Below, piece after piece: positions 37,299 through 51,340 of a stretch of DNA of 64,000 bases. The translations under genes and the position numbers were made by a program. The notes under the pieces were generated by a model. That model saw only the letters and a program-made list of their open reading frames with translations. It made no database searches and was not told the DNA's origin. The stretch's first letter is position 1; the number at the start of each line of letters is the position of its first letter. Source of the DNA: Monocercomonoides exilis PA203 (taxonomy: Eukaryota > Protista > Preaxostyla); NCBI GenBank assembly GCA_001643675.2, contig LSRY02000042.1, forward strand, positions 1 to 64,000, given 5' to 3'.

Positions 37299-40200
37299 CT
37301 ATTTGCTATTAATCTTAATTGTATTGTTGATATTTTCGAATCCCCATTTCTTTTTAGAATTTGATATTTTAAGTTTTTTAAGATAGCGCGATTCAAATGG
37401 TGCTTTTGATTGCGAAATATGTGATGAATTGTTTGACCCATTCAGCTTGTGATGAACATTTTGCGTTGCTTCTTCGGATATTAGTTTTGTCACAACAGAA
37501 AGACGATTAGAAGATTGAATAGACTTTAATGATTGAGATAATAAAACAACATTTGCTGTTTCTGTCTCATCAGCTTCCAAAGGAACAATTTTTGGGTAAA
37601 CTGAAGATGAAACGCTTTCGTCATCTGAATTTGATTATTCATAGATAACCTTTAAGTGCATTGAAGTTGATTCTGTTTTTTCCATTTTTTCTTTTGATAT
37701 TGAGCCAAAAATCTTTTCTAGTTGATTTGTGGTGTTTGCAGATAAGGAATATTCTTCATCTAAATCCTTCTGATATGCTTCGCCCTCATAGGGAGTAAAT
37801 GAATCATCTTGAAGTATGCAACTTGTCTCGTTCAATTCCAATTCTGTTGAACTGTCTTGATTTGAAAGATTCGGAAATGTAATTGCATGAGGAAGGTCAT
37901 AACACTGTGAGATTGGAAAGTATGATTGTAAGTCACAAGTATACGACGATCCTTCATCGCTTTCCTTTAAATAAACTTCAATAAAGCATTCCATAAATTG
38001 AGGGTCCGGAAATGCTTTTGATTCTTCAGAATCTTGATGCTGCTGTTGCTTAGAGCCCGCATCAGAATAAGAATCTGAAAATGTTAAAGTCTCTCCAAAT
38101 GGAAGAGACCTTTCAGAAGACCTATCAATTTTCTGAATATCCAACAAAGTATGTGTAGCATCAATGATATCTTGTTTTTTGTTCATAAAAGATTCTTCAT
38201 TAACTTCAGAAGAAGGAATAGAATGAGAAGAGCCTAGCAACGATGTATTTTCTTCTGTTTCTGAGGCAAGTGAGTCAAAGCGAAGGAAATTAAAAGAGAA
38301 TTTCGAATGCATTTGTTCCTCTGATTCAACAAGAATCTGTAGAAAGCTTTCGGATGCAGGCAATGCAAATTCCAAACCTTCAATTGTAACTTTCTCATAT
38401 TTCGGATTCAGCAACTCGCTTAAGCGTTTATCCTGCAAAGCCAACGAAGAGATTAAATTTTCAGATGAAGCATCATTCAGAACAAGTGAATGAGTATCGT
38501 CTGGTCGTACAGCAGATGTATTTGAAACAGAATTTGTTTGAAAACCAATCTTGAGTAACAGCAGAGTAATGTTGGAGGGTTCTAACTTTTTCTTCTGAAT
38601 ACTTATGACTTGATCCGCCTCGTAGTCATAGCTATTGTTTGCTGATATATCTGCATCCTGTCGCAAAGACGACCTTGTGAGTCTTCCATAAGAAAGAAAA
38701 TTGCTTTGCTTGACCGGATGAAACTCCGCAATTTCGAAGAAATCGTTGCCAGTTCAATGAGGAAAAGCGCTTGTACTGTTTTCAGCACCAATTGTTGGAT
38801 AGTACGAACCTGCAAATTTCTCTGCAATCAAATCTTCGTTTCTGTCTTCGGCTGGTGGATATCTCGTTGAATTTGCAGGAAAATACTTTTCTTCTTCCAG
38901 GAAGTGATTCTCCATCATCTCGTCTGCATTCTCCATTCCATGAGAATAGTCAAAATTCGTCCTGGAAAACGTAGATATTGGGATTGCAAGTTTTTCATGA
39001 AATCGTGTATGGTGTGTGGATAAGCCATCATTACTGCCAGATTTAATATTTCTTGGCTCATTTGAGAAGGCGAGTATCAAATGCACCAGAAATTGGCAGT
39101 GTCTGCGTGTGCATCAATTTGGCTGTCTCGTCTGTTTTATTAGCAAATCCCATCGGGGGGTATCCGCTGGTTTCCTAAGAAAGCAGGTGAATAAGAGCGT
39201 GTTGGTGTGATCATTGGCTGCGGAGTGGGATTCAGCATCGCCACATTCAGAGACTGCAAAGGAACGAATGGCTTCGGCTTCAGAAAAGGAAGTGGTGCTG
39301 GTGTTAATGAAGCTTTTGGTTGTTCAATAAACTGATTGACGGGTGCAGGCGAAATTCTTTCAGGTGTAGCTGTCATTGGACGCTGTGTGAGCCGAATAGA
39401 TGAATTTCCACGTTGATTTTGCAGCTGCTTTGCTTCTTTCTGGTTGGCTTCTCTTTCCTTTTTTTCTTTTTCTTTTTGCTTTTTCTTTAGTTCTTTGGCT
39501 TTTGCCCGTTCTTTGGCAAGCTTTCTTTCTCTTTCTTTTCTTTTCTCTTTTTCTCTGGCTTTTGCGATTGCAAGCTCTTCTTTTCTCTTCTTCTCCAACT
39601 CTTTCTCTCTTTCTTTTCTCTCCTTTTCCAGCTGAAGCTGACATTCAATCTCTTTTTCTCTCGCAGTTGCTCCAATCTTTCCATTCTTCTTCTTTCTTTC
39701 TCTTCTTTCTCTTTCTTTATTCTTTCTTGCTCCTCTCTTCCAATTCTTTTTCTTTTTCTTTCTTCTTTTGCTCTCTCCTTTCCTTTTCCTTTCTTTTCAT
39801 TTCTTCTTCTTGTTTTGCCTTCTCCTTTTCTCTCTGTTCTCTTTCTAATCTCTCTTCTTCAGTTTCCTCCTTTCGTTCTTTTGCCTTTTCTTCGCGTATT
39901 CTCTGCTTTTCCTTCTCCTTCTGAATCATCTCTTCCTTTTTCTTCCTTTCATTTTCTCTTCTTTCCCTTTCTCTCTCCAACTTTTTCTTTTTCGCTTTCT
40001 CCGTCTCTTCTTCTCTCTTTCTTCTTCTTTCTCGTTCTCTCAGAAGTTCGTCTTCTCTTTTGCGATATTTCTCTTTCATTCTCTCGTGAAAGCGATCCGA
40101 TTCCAACAGCCTAATTTTCTCCAGCATTTCAATCTCATCCAAATCTCCGTCAAAGTCTCTGTCTGAATCGTTATCGTCACTGTCGTTTCTTCTCCAATGG

Positions 40201-43200
40201 TGATGAATTCTGCTTCTCCCCATCTCGTCCATCTTCATCGCTATTTGCATAATCCTGTCGCTCGGACTGTTGCCTCTCTTGTTCCCCCATTCGCCTTCAT
40301 TCAGAATCTTCTCCAGCTGACTCAGCTTTCTTTTGTCTCCTTTTGACAGATTCCCTCTTGATTCTGTGCGCAGTCGCTCGCTCATCATCTCCAACAGCCT
40401 TTCTGCAGCTCTTTCGCGCTGCTTTGACCCTTTTCCGAGTCCAGATCTGCCTTCTCTGTGTCTTCGTGACTTCAAATAACTCAAAAAGGGGGGAGATGGA
40501 GGAGAAGGAGGTGAGGGCTTTCTGGGCGAGCGTGAACGCGGTGGAGAAGGGTATTCGCTGCGCGGCTCAGAAATCAACGTTGAGAGAGCAGAGAAGAAGG
40601 ATGCCTGTGTTGATGGAGAAACGTGATCGTTGCTGCGATTCATCGAAGCGACGATGGAAGATGTGAGGCAGGACAAAGTGTGCAGCCTCGTTCGCCTAGA
40701 GGCTGTCCCATTTCTCAGACGAGAAAATGGAAGTTCATCATCGTCGTCTTCGTCATTGTCTTTTGGAGACGTAGAAGAACGCTTCGAAGTCTTCAAACTT
40801 GTATCTATTATTTCTATGTCTTCTGATTAAGAAGCTGCGCTTGTTTTGCAAGTGGCTTCTTCGACAGAAGCTTCATCCGCTTTAGTTAATTTTTGCTCTT
40901 CTTCTGGCTCTTTCTGAGTTTGTTGTGATGGTAATTGATCCCCTTTGCTAAGAATAGAGCTTTCCTCATTTCCCTTTTCCTCCTCAGTTTGCTTTGTTAG
41001 CTCTTTTTCTTTGAGCTTGTTTTCTTCTTTATTTTCTTCCAATTCATCTTTTGATTTTTCATCTGTTTTCGTTTCATCATTTTTGGAATCGTTTTCTGCT
41101 TCTGCAACCTTTTCTTCCTTCTTCTCTGCTTCCAAAATGCTGGCAATTGTTGCAAGAGGAATAAAATTTATAGTGCCTATTGGTTGTATTGTTGATTGCT
41201 TTTTTTTGTCGTTTTTGGCCAAATCGCTTTTTGTTTGCTCTTCATCCATTTCTCTGTCCATTCCTTCTTCACAACTCCTACTCTTTTGGAAGACTTTTTG
41301 TTCCACTTTCATCATCTTCTTTTCATCTGGCTCTTTCTTTGGAGAAGTTGACAAAGATAGTTTGTTGATTCTCTTTCTCAGCTCAACAATTTGATCGATC
41401 AATTTCGAGCGCTGTTTTTCGATTGAAGTGTGTTTCTTTTGCATTTCTTCTTTTTGTCGCTTCAGTCTATCAATCGCTTTCTTTTCCTCTGCTTTTGCTT
41501 CTCTGGAAATAGGCTTCCGTCGCTCTTCTTTTATCTTCATCTTTGCTCTGATGTTGTCGTTGATCTCGCAGAGCTGGCTCACATGCTGCATCCATTTAAG
41601 ATGAAGCATCTGCTCCTTTCTTAGCTTCCTCCTCAGTCTTCTTTTCAGCTCTTGTTTTCTGTCTCGCTCTGCTATTTTTTGTTGCCTGATGGTTATTCTC
41701 TTCTCCATCTTTCTGACGTGTCGTTCCTGGCGCACACATTCTTCGTCTGACTCTGAATATTCTGCAGCCTCTTCCCACGGAAGCTCAACACACGAACGAG
41801 TGGAACAGATGGACGAAGTTGACTCATAGCTAGTTGAGAATGAGCGAGAAGGAGAAGTGTATGATGAGTACGAAGATGAAGGTGATAAGGAATTGCGATC
41901 CACTAAATTGAGCATGGTAGATCTCACAAGCAAACTAGTTTCTTTATTTGATGCAATTTTGTTGTCTCTTTCATCACTATTAAACTTCTCCTTTTTCTCC
42001 TCGTCTTTCCTCTCCAATCGTATCAAAAATGTCTTTTTGCTTAGATGATCCTTAATCTCTCGCAGCTTTTCTCGTTTTAACTTCCGAATGATTGCTTTGT
42101 CATGTGCTCTTTATGCAGACTTCTCTGCCGTTCGGTTCGGCCACCGATACAACTTTTGCTTCTGTTCAAAGGCCAGATAGTTGAGAATTTTCATCTTTAG
42201 GTCAAAGCTGGCTGGTATTTGCGTGCGGATCAACACTTTGTGCTCTTCTTTGAGAGGGCACAAATGACACCACATCATTCTGTCATGTTCCTTTTTTCTT
42301 TCTGCCTCTTTCTGCATTGCTCGTCGCATTGGCCAATCTTGTCTTCTTTTGACAACACGCTGAATTGTCTCTCTATTTTCTTTCAGTCCTTCAGCCTTTC
42401 AAACATCTTCCATCCTTTTTCCCTCTTCTTTCAATTCGATATTTCTCCCAAAATCCACACTGGCTTTAACATTCCAATGAGAAATTTTGTCAGTGCTTGA
42501 AGTTCAGCCAAACATTTGAAGAAGAAATTATTCGGGTTGATAGAAAAGAATTCTGTGATTGAAATGCGATCGTCAAATGATGTTTGCTTCTCTTTCATCG
42601 CATCTTTGATTCATTCCCGGTATTCAGCTTTTGCATTCCTAACAACAGGTCCAACAATGAAAAACTCTCTTCTCCAGTTGTTGAAAAGCTGTTTAATCTC
42701 ATCCTTTTCTTCTTCAATGAAATATTGCAGTGAATTTCAGCTATCCTCTTGTTGACTTTTTTCCGCTTTGTAAATTTTCAGACAACTTGTGTTGCTTCTC
42801 TGAAAGAGTTTGGAATGCTTCAACTGTTGATGAAGAATTCGACTCTGCAAAGTTTTCTGGTAGATAGCAAATGCATTGCATATCAAACTCGTTCTGATCG
42901 CTTGTCCACAGAACAAAAGAGCCTTCAAAACAAGTCGCATTTTTTTTTCTTCTTTGTATTCGACTTCTTTGTGTGGTTGTTGTTGAGGCTTTATTTCAAT
43001 TTTGCCTCCATCTTCATTTCCAATGCCTTCCTTTTTTCTCTTTTTGGATCGTTCTTCTTCTCCATCTCTTACTCTTCCTTCTTGCCTTTCCTCTTCTATT
43101 TCGTCTTCAAAGGCTCCCTCTTCAAATGCTCCTTCTCCTCCTTCTCCAACTCCTTCTTCTCCCACTTTCTCTTCGTGATGGTATCCATCGACTTCTTCGT

Positions 43201-45300
43201 TGCCATCTAGTTGGTTGTTGTTTTCTTCGTCTTCTGTTTGGTCATTTGGGAGCCCTTCGATATTAACAACCATGCTCCTCATGATATGGATGAAAATGAT
43301 GTTTTAAACAATCAAAATGAGAGTAGCCTCAAAATATGATACTCTTTTTTCTTGTTCTATGAGCATTGATGACGATATCTCATACGCGCATGCATCAATT
43401 GGATAGTCAAACATGTCAAATACGGAAGGCGAGAAAATGACTTTGAATGAGCAAGAATCGGCACCTGGAGACTGCTGCAATCTTTCCTTTATGTATTTGA
43501 ACGCATCCTTCTCTTTTTGTACCAGTTCCATCAACCACAACGCAATGTTTATCTTGTATTGTGATTCTGTCACTTTTCCTGAATGCACACTTTTTCCATC
43601 AGAAGATGTGGCTTTCTCATTCTGTGGTGCTTCGTCTGACTCGTTTAGAGTGCCGTTTCCTTCATCGTTTCTGTTCGTCTGCAAAGTGCTCCTCCTTGTT
43701 TTCATTTCTGTTTTCGCTTTTGCCCACTCTGAGGATATTTCGCAAAACCATTTGTAGTCTCTGCCTTGTGCCATCATCAGAGCGCCTGTCATTTCTGAAA
43801 ATTCAGATATCTTCAGCAGAGACACACACAAGTTGTCTGTTGTAATGTTCACAAGAACATCGATAACAATGACGATACTTTTGCGTCAAGAAAAGCTGGA
43901 AATGAAGCAAGCAAATCAGCTTTATCAGTTTCTGAATTACATTTTTGGGACCATCTGTTCATCTCCATTTGTCAGCAGAATTAAGTTCAAACAAGAATTG
44001 CAGTTGGGCAAACTTTGCTTTGACGAAACTTTTCACAATTTCATTTTGTGGAATGGCTCTTTTCAATTCTTCCTCCTCTTTTGTAAAGCGAATTTGGAGG
44101 ACTTCACTCAAATCAACTAATCTGAACCATTCATTCAGCGTCTGCATCTCATTCATTATTTCCTCTTTTCTCATCACAAGCAGCTCTGTCTGCTGCTGCA
44201 TAATTCGAAGCATTGTTTTTCTCGCTAAAAATAGCAGTAAATGAGTCTCGAGCATTTGAACCATTGAAAAGAAGAGGTATTCCTTCGAAAGAGGAGAAAG
44301 AGGAGTAGCTTAATAGTGAGAAATGCACAACAACTGCAGCGAATGAGAATATTTCTTGTGGAATGCTGTATGACAAGTCTGCTATTGGAGATGACGATGA
44401 AGAAGAAGATGCAGAAGGGGATGAAAAAGTTGATGATGTTGTTGCCATCGTCGTTGTTAGTGATGTTGTTGCATTTGAATCATCTTTTGAATCTGAATTG
44501 AGAAAAGTGCAAATCTCCGTCAAATTTGTTGTAACCAACTGGCTTGCGTTGTTCAAAATTTCCAAAGAAATGACAAATGAAGAAATGTCTGGAAATATAA
44601 TCACAGACCAGGAAAGTGTTGATAGAATATGTTTTGTCATTTTTGGTATGCTGCCTATTTCAGTGCTAGAGATGTCATTCTGAGTATAAGCGTTGCTTCT
44701 CTCTCCTTTCTGTTCAACATCTCTCTGAACAGATACAATCAAAGCACTTTCTTCTCTCACATTGCTTTCATTTCCTTCATTTCCTGCTGCTTCATCTTAA
44801 GAAGTGTCTTCTGCTGTTGTGTTCTCAGTGTGCTCAATGTTCTTGTTATCAATAGTCTCTTCTCTATGAATGATGTCGCTTCTTGTTTGTTTGTTCTTAA
44901 AAGAATGCGAAGTTGGAGCATGAACAAACAAATATCTTTCTGTGCCTTTTTCTCCTTTTCTCAACACCAAAAAGACGTAATCAGGAGCAAACGATGTGTT
45001 ATTCTTTGGATTGAAACAGGCGTTATATAAAATGTGCAAAGAATTAATTTTTAAAACGGAATCAAAGGTGTTGGTGTATTGTCATCTGGTGTTGTGTTGA
45101 TGTTTGTTGAGGAAGTATGTGAATCAATTTCATTTGGTTGTGTTTTAACCAATGAAACGAATCTTATTCTTCCTCCTTTGAAATTAAGCTATTCACTTAT
45201 ATCAACTGAGTAATATTTTGCATTTTCTCCTTTTGATGTTTTCCTTGTTAAAAAGCATGTGAGATCACTTGTTATAAGCTGAAGAATTTTGGAGAATAGC
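37299..45300 (-). pseudogene. Very large (~2,500+ codon) coiled-coil/low-complexity protein gene, disrupted
   Basis: Chain of collinear - strand ORFs (44797, 44149, 43959, 43304, 42737, 42111, 40827, 39717, 39140, 38754, 37635, 37299) joined by in-frame TAA/TGA stops and frameshifts, with long EK/R-rich segments. Confidence 0.65.
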
Positions 45301-47648
45301 GTCATGTCCGCCTTTTAAGCATGCATTGTGATGGAAAAAAGCAGTAATTAAACAATGTTCCACATATATAATTTAGAAATTAAATGTCAGCAAATCCTCT
45401 TCCACATATGAAACAGTAAATGCAGAATAGTCCATTTGAAATAAAAACTTGATTCGTCCGTACCCAACGCAATCGCTTTTCTCGAGATGAAGATAAACAC
45501 AATAACTACAAAATCTTGTATTTGATAAATCAAACTGATTTTTCAATTCGTAAACTCTTGAAATCGATTTCACAAAAATGTGTTGCAAAGGAGCAATAAT
45601 GATGAAAAACAACAAACACAATTTCACGAGAAAATTTAATTTTTAAAATTGATAAAAAAGAAGCATTCAAAAATTTTTGAAATCAGTTTTTTATATCAAT
45701 CCTTTTGTTTTTCATGATTAAAAAAACACAAATATGAAATTCGAAAAACAAAAGTTGAATATTGGTCACGGAGTGTTTTTGAATAAACTGCAAGGGGACA
45801 AATTTTTGATCTGTAGCGACTTTTCAAAAATAACAACCCAAATCATCAGCAGAATTTTCTTCAGCTTTCAATAATCCATAATCGTCCCTTTCGTCATCAT
45901 CTTCATCACTGTCAAGTAATTATTCATTTCTTTTTTCATTTATTTCTTGATCATCTTCTTCTAATTGTTTTGTCAACAAAAGGATATCTTGCAATTCGTT
46001 TTTTCCTTCTAATAATATGAAAAGAATCAAAATAATATTTATCATTATTAGAAAAAAGTGTTATCAAACCTGTATGAGTTTTTGATTTGTTCAAAAATAC
46101 ATACGGGAATTGGCATTCATCATCTATCCTGTAAAAAAACAAAATATAAAAAAACAATGAGAAAAAAATTAAAAGAAGAAGAAATATAAAAACAAAAATA
46201 ACTCATTTGTGTGAAAATCGACAGGATACGGTTAAGGATGAAATAAAGATGATGCAATCTATCTGGATTCTGAAGAATAAGTTGAGGAAGATTGGATAGA
46301 TGTTTCTGTTTCTTTTTCTAAAAATGAAGAAGTTGAAAATTTCCTGAGAGGAAAGAGTTGTTTTCGAACAAGTTGAACAGCGTTTGGCGTCACAGCATAT
46401 GAAAGCACTATGTATTCTCCACGCGTTCCAACAAAAAAAAATAATTACACATCAATGTTAAAGAGTTAGTGATAGAATTTCTCCATTTATCTACTTTAAA
46501 AGGATCTTGCTTTAATAAATTGAAAAAAAGCTCAAAAGCTTTTAACAAAATAGGGAAAACTTGGCTCAACTTGGTGTTATCATTTTCAAAGTGCATATGA
46601 AGCAAATGAAAAGGGAGTAAAAATGCTTCTGCTTTGATGATATCCACAAGGCTATCCGTGTCTATTAAATTTTCCTTTTGAATGATTTGATTTTTCTTTC
46701 TGATGAATGAAAAAATGTTAAATAGAGAAAGCCATCTTGTTGAGACAAAAGTGTGTGCATGCTTCTTCAGAAGGTTTTTTATTGGACGAGTATGGGCCTT
46801 TTGAGAAAAATTCAGCATTTTTTATTTGAGATCACAAAGAAATGGAACTTTTGTGAATAAATTTGTGATAATAAAATTTGTCAAGTGATTTCAACAAAAA
46901 ACATAAATGAGAATAAATGTCGGATGTTTCTCAACAGGTGTCTTTTCATTTCTGACTTTAGAAGATAAATTCTCAATGGCTCTTTTCTGAGATGACAATC
47001 CATCGGTGAAAAAACTCCTGATAACCGTATTGAACTGAGATAATTAGGAAATCAAACTTTTGACAAGCGACTCATATTCGTTTGAAGTTCCACATGGAGG
47101 ATATAATCCCCAAAACATGGGCTTGCTGTCCAATGATAATTTTGAGATTGTCACAACAGTAATTTTTCGATTACCAACACATGCACCATCCAACATAATA
47201 CTCACTCCATTGTTTCTAATTGTTGACTCCTTTTCCTTCAAAACTCTAGATTTTTATTTGAGAACCATGTGGGCGATTTTCTTTCGAGTCAAATATAAGA
47301 ATATTGATGTTGATGAAAGCGAAGGATAACTTTGGCCAGCACTAATTAGTGAAGAAATAAATGTGCAGACAAAATAGGACATAATCACGTCGAATATAAT
47401 CACATTCGTATATTGTCACATTTTTCCATGCATTGACATTTTTTGCTTGTTTTTCATTCATTTTCCATCGCATATAATCACAGGGCTGAAAATTTATAAT
47501 TACATTTTTAATTATAATGTGTGACTTTTTCAATGAAAAATCGAATTTTTGATCAAAAATCTCAATTTTTCGCGTTTTCAAAAATGTGCTCAAATAAGTT
47601 AAAATAATATGCATTTTCGCAAAAAATTAATTTCGCAAGTGAAAAATG

Positions 47649-50500
47649 GGCAAGTTCCAAGAATATGGACCATCGATAAAAAATATTTTTTATAAATCAT
47701 ACGAAAGAAAACGTTATATTAATTAATTTAAAATTAGTTTTATTTGTCGAAAATGCACTATTAATAACTTTCTGTTTTTCGTTCGATCTATCCCATAAAT
47801 ATTTTTGAACAATCATCGTTTTTTATTCATCACTTTATTCACAATTGAGCACGTTATTCATTTTTCTGTTTTTATTTTTGTTGTGATCGAATTTTGAGAA
47901 ATACAAAACCGTAACATGTTAACTCTTTTCAATGTTTTTTCGAACAAGATAGACACAATTGAGTTTTTTTTTCATACAGGTTATTTCGAGCACAAAGGAA
48001 TACATAAACTTCATTGAACATCAGAAAATTTTCAATTGTCATTAGCGCACCGTCATATGCAACTTAAATAAAGGATAAAACTAAAAAAAACAAAATTCAG
48101 TATTTATGTTTATTTCATCGATGATATTGATTCCTATTCATATACAACAATCAGAATCTTTCGCAAAATATCATACATAAAATTCTTTATTTATTCGTGT
48201 TTTCCGTGAAAAAGAAAAGATCAAAAAAGGAGAAATTTTAAGACAAAGAAGATTTTTTAACAGCAGTTCGTCTGTAGAGATATTTTTCATTCAGTAGCGT
48301 CAACAACGGAGCAACGTATTGGTGTTATTCGATATTCTTTCTTCTGAACAATTACGAAATGGAAGTTGTTGGATGCACGTTCCAAACACTCGGTTCGGAA
48401 GGATGCAAAAAGGGAGGAGCGATGTCTTTTGAGCTGAAATGGGCAGTTGTGCAATTGAAAAAGATGAATGTGGGGGTGGAGAACAGCATCTGTAGCAGTT
48501 CTGAAGGATGTGGCGGTGGAATCAATTTGACATGTGCAACAGACAACAATGATAGACATTCATTTTCAGAGATAAGGGTTGGAGGAAACACGGTATACCA
48601 TGGAAAAGACATGTTCATTGTGGTGAATGATCCAAAGAAGTGTGTGAATTCTGAGTTGTTTGCATTTGCAACGCAATTTTAAGTCAAAACGAATGCGCTG
48701 GTTGGGTCTGACAGGAGCTGTTTCAACGAGGTGGTTGATCTGATAATGAATGCGGTCTGTTTTCTGAGCGAATCTGTTCAACATTATATGCGTCTGTTAA
48801 TTGCAAGCTACTGTTTGGATAGATTGACATCTTCATTGAGTGATAAAGGCTGATTCACAAAAATCGAAATTGGTACAAAACGAAGTTTCTGTCTGATAGG
48901 AGAAAAATTCAAAACCGATGAGTTCTGAAAATCATTAATTTTGATCGAAACATAAAAGAAACGTTCGAAAAACTGCATTAAACTGCCTGGACGATCCAGA
49001 ACATTCAGATGCTCCGTCTTCGGAGAAAGCGAAGGCGCTGCCAATCAAATTTCGGCTGATTCGGTTTTCTTTGAACAGAGCGAGCGTGGAGAAGGATCTT
49101 TTCATTATCTGCTTATCGATTGCTGAGCAGATCAACGAGGCGCTGTTTGTGATGGACTTCAGTGAGTTGGCCTTTGACAAAGAAAATGCCATCTACGGGA
49201 TGGACAAAGAAAACGAGGATCCGATTGATTTGGTTCCATTTATTGTGTTCTACAAGTCAGAGCGGATATTTGTGTCAGGAGAAAAAGGGAAGAACAAGAA
49301 GGACTGTGGGCGAAGGGAAGACCCATGTGAGACGCTGAGCGAGGCAGTGCGGCATCTGAACGACGAGCCGTACCAGAACGTGCTGGTGGTGAAGAAGGCA
49401 GCTGTTTCAACAGAGACAGCCATTTCATCAGCGACAGTGCAGACAGTCGGAGGCAGCCCAGCTGTTTTCGAGTTCAACTCCGAAATCGCTCAGACGGATG
49501 GAAGTGCGGATTGTGTGGTGTCTTCGTCTGAGGAGTGCAGCATTTTGGGGATGGACATCGTCTTCGGCCCCAGCTTCGCTTCGGCGCATCGCTCTGTCTT
49601 TGGGGTGAGGAGCGGAAATCTGACGCTGGGCGACTGCACAATCACGTCAGAAGAGCCGGCGCAGCTGGCAAATACTGTAATTTGTGTTGATAGTCATAGT
49701 TTGTGTTTGAGCAATGTTTCGTTCTCAGACATACGCTTGAAGGAATCGAGGCAGCAGCCATCAGCAGAAGCATTTGTAGCAAAGCAATTTGCTAAGTCTT
49801 CTTCTTTATCATCATTGTCTTTATTTGAACCAGAGGCAGGGTATTAATTCATTGAGGCCTGCTCTGGTGCTGCTGTGGAGTTGATTGGTGTCTGCTTCAA
49901 AGAGCTTTCTTTATTTGTCGTGTCGGGATATGCCACACAATCACCAAATTCATAATCAAGTGCAAGCCAAACTTATTTCAATACTCACACAAGAGCAGAG
50001 ACTTGATCGCTGCAATTTTCTGGATTTCTTCCATAAAAGTTCATGATTATATTCAATTTGAAAAATTTACCAATAGTTCAAATATTGTTGAACATCAGTT
50101 AATAAAAGTTTGCTCTCATTCAATGTAATTCATATCAAAATTTTAGAAAAAGAAACAAACAAAATTGAATTAAACACAAAAAGTTAATTTATTTCGAATA
50201 TTAACAGTCAAAAATGAAGAAGTGAAAATGCATCAAAAAGTTTAAAGAAAATAATAATAAAATTAATCTGTTAAATACCTTGCAATGGAGGATAAAGCTC
50301 CAAGTCTTTATAAGCAAGATTAAATAAAAACATGAAAATTTGAAAATATTTATGGGATAGATCGAACGAAAAACAGAAAGTTATTAATAGTGCATTTTCG
50401 ACAAATAAAACTAATTTTAAATTAATTAATATAACGTTTTCTTTCGCATTCTTAATGAAAAGAATTTTTTTATCGATGGCCCACATAATTGGAACTTGCC
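47649..50500. mobile_element. Non-autonomous long-TIR element (Merlin/IS1016-like termini) carrying a host gene fragment
   Basis: Termini GGCAAGTTCCAA...TTGGAACTTGCC. TIRs ~157 bp with a 104-bp identical inner block (47702-47805 / 50343-50446). 8-bp TSD GAAAAATG at 47641-48 and 50501-08. Confidence 0.9.
48359..49950 (+). pseudogene. Captured internal fragment of the Cys-rich surface-protein family
   Basis: ORFs 48359..48682 (GCKKGGAMSFEL, GCGGGINL, HGKDMFIV) and 49071..49847 (IVFYKSERIFVSG, DCGRREDPCETLSEA) share modules with 8956-13031. No signal peptide or TM. Confidence 0.8.
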
Positions 50501-51340
50501 GAAAAATGCGTTTTAATGAAGAATTTCCAAGAATAAAAAATTCGACCCAAAGTTAATTAATTAATTAATTAATTTTTATTTTTTTCTGTGTTAAGCAGCA
50601 TCGTGTATATCACAATCTGATATATTCATAAAAAAGTTGTGTATAAACCGATGTGATTATTTATGATTTAGACTGTATTCATTTCTTTCGAAGAAGATGA
50701 TAAATCGAAGAATTTAATCGACATATCAAAGAAATAAACAGTTTTCGTAAATTTTGCTCAAAAAAAGGGATATCATTTTTGGAAAACAATTTTGAATCAT
50801 TGAAAGAAAATTTTTGTTCAGAAAACTTTTTGTATCGTGCAATGCTTTTGTATTTCAAGAATTCACAGTTGTGGTTCACTACCAAAGAATAACTTCTGCT
50901 GCGAGATATACCACTAGCAAATACATCCTTTGTATTTAAACATCAATAATATTTGTGACAATCTTTTTTTGAATTCTGTTTTCATCAACGAGAGTGTGAG
51001 AAATCCACAATGATTCTCCAACAACTTCAAACGAAAGTCAAGAAAAAAATTCATTTTTTCTTCGAGGATGATCATACGCTTTCCATAAAAAAAAACACAG
51101 GGATATGAACATTGAAGAATTGTAATTTATATATGCACACCTGGTTTATATTTTGTTTCGCAATGTTTTTGCAATATCACAAATTGACAATCTGCATTTT
51201 CCAATTTCTTTTTCATCTTTTCAAAGATATCTTTCTGAAATAAATGTTAGAAACATTCTAATTGGTATTATAATGGTTATTGTTCACACAATATAATCAT
51301 TTGTCAAACATTTTTGTAATTCTTTTTGTCAGTTTTCATT

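Larger units (their letters stand above)
47366..50675 (+). mobile_element. Third, older MITE copy split by a 2.85-kb insertion
   Basis: Degenerate TIR CAGACAAAATAGGACATAATCACGTCG at 47366. MITE body at 47366-47648 resumes at 50501 and ends ...TTTAGACTG|TA at 50675. Confidence 0.85.
45950..51100 (-). mobile_element. Decayed hAT-superfamily transposase gene interrupted by nested insertions
   Basis: VSIMLDG (first catalytic Asp motif; 47044..47241) and STRWLS (TRW motif; 46408..46818). Probable N-terminal Zn-finger remnant (..DCHK.. / NHNCEF) at 50679-50970, on the far side of the MITE. Confidence 0.6.

Noticed and set aside
4533-45300. Alternative genetic code (TAA/TAG = Gln, as in some oxymonads) explaining the in-frame stops
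   Set aside because: The 828-aa AT-rich gene has no internal TAA/TAG and ends in TAG. The stop at 25508 aligns with Glu in the paralog. In-frame TGA and frameshifts also occur. Pseudogene decay fits better.
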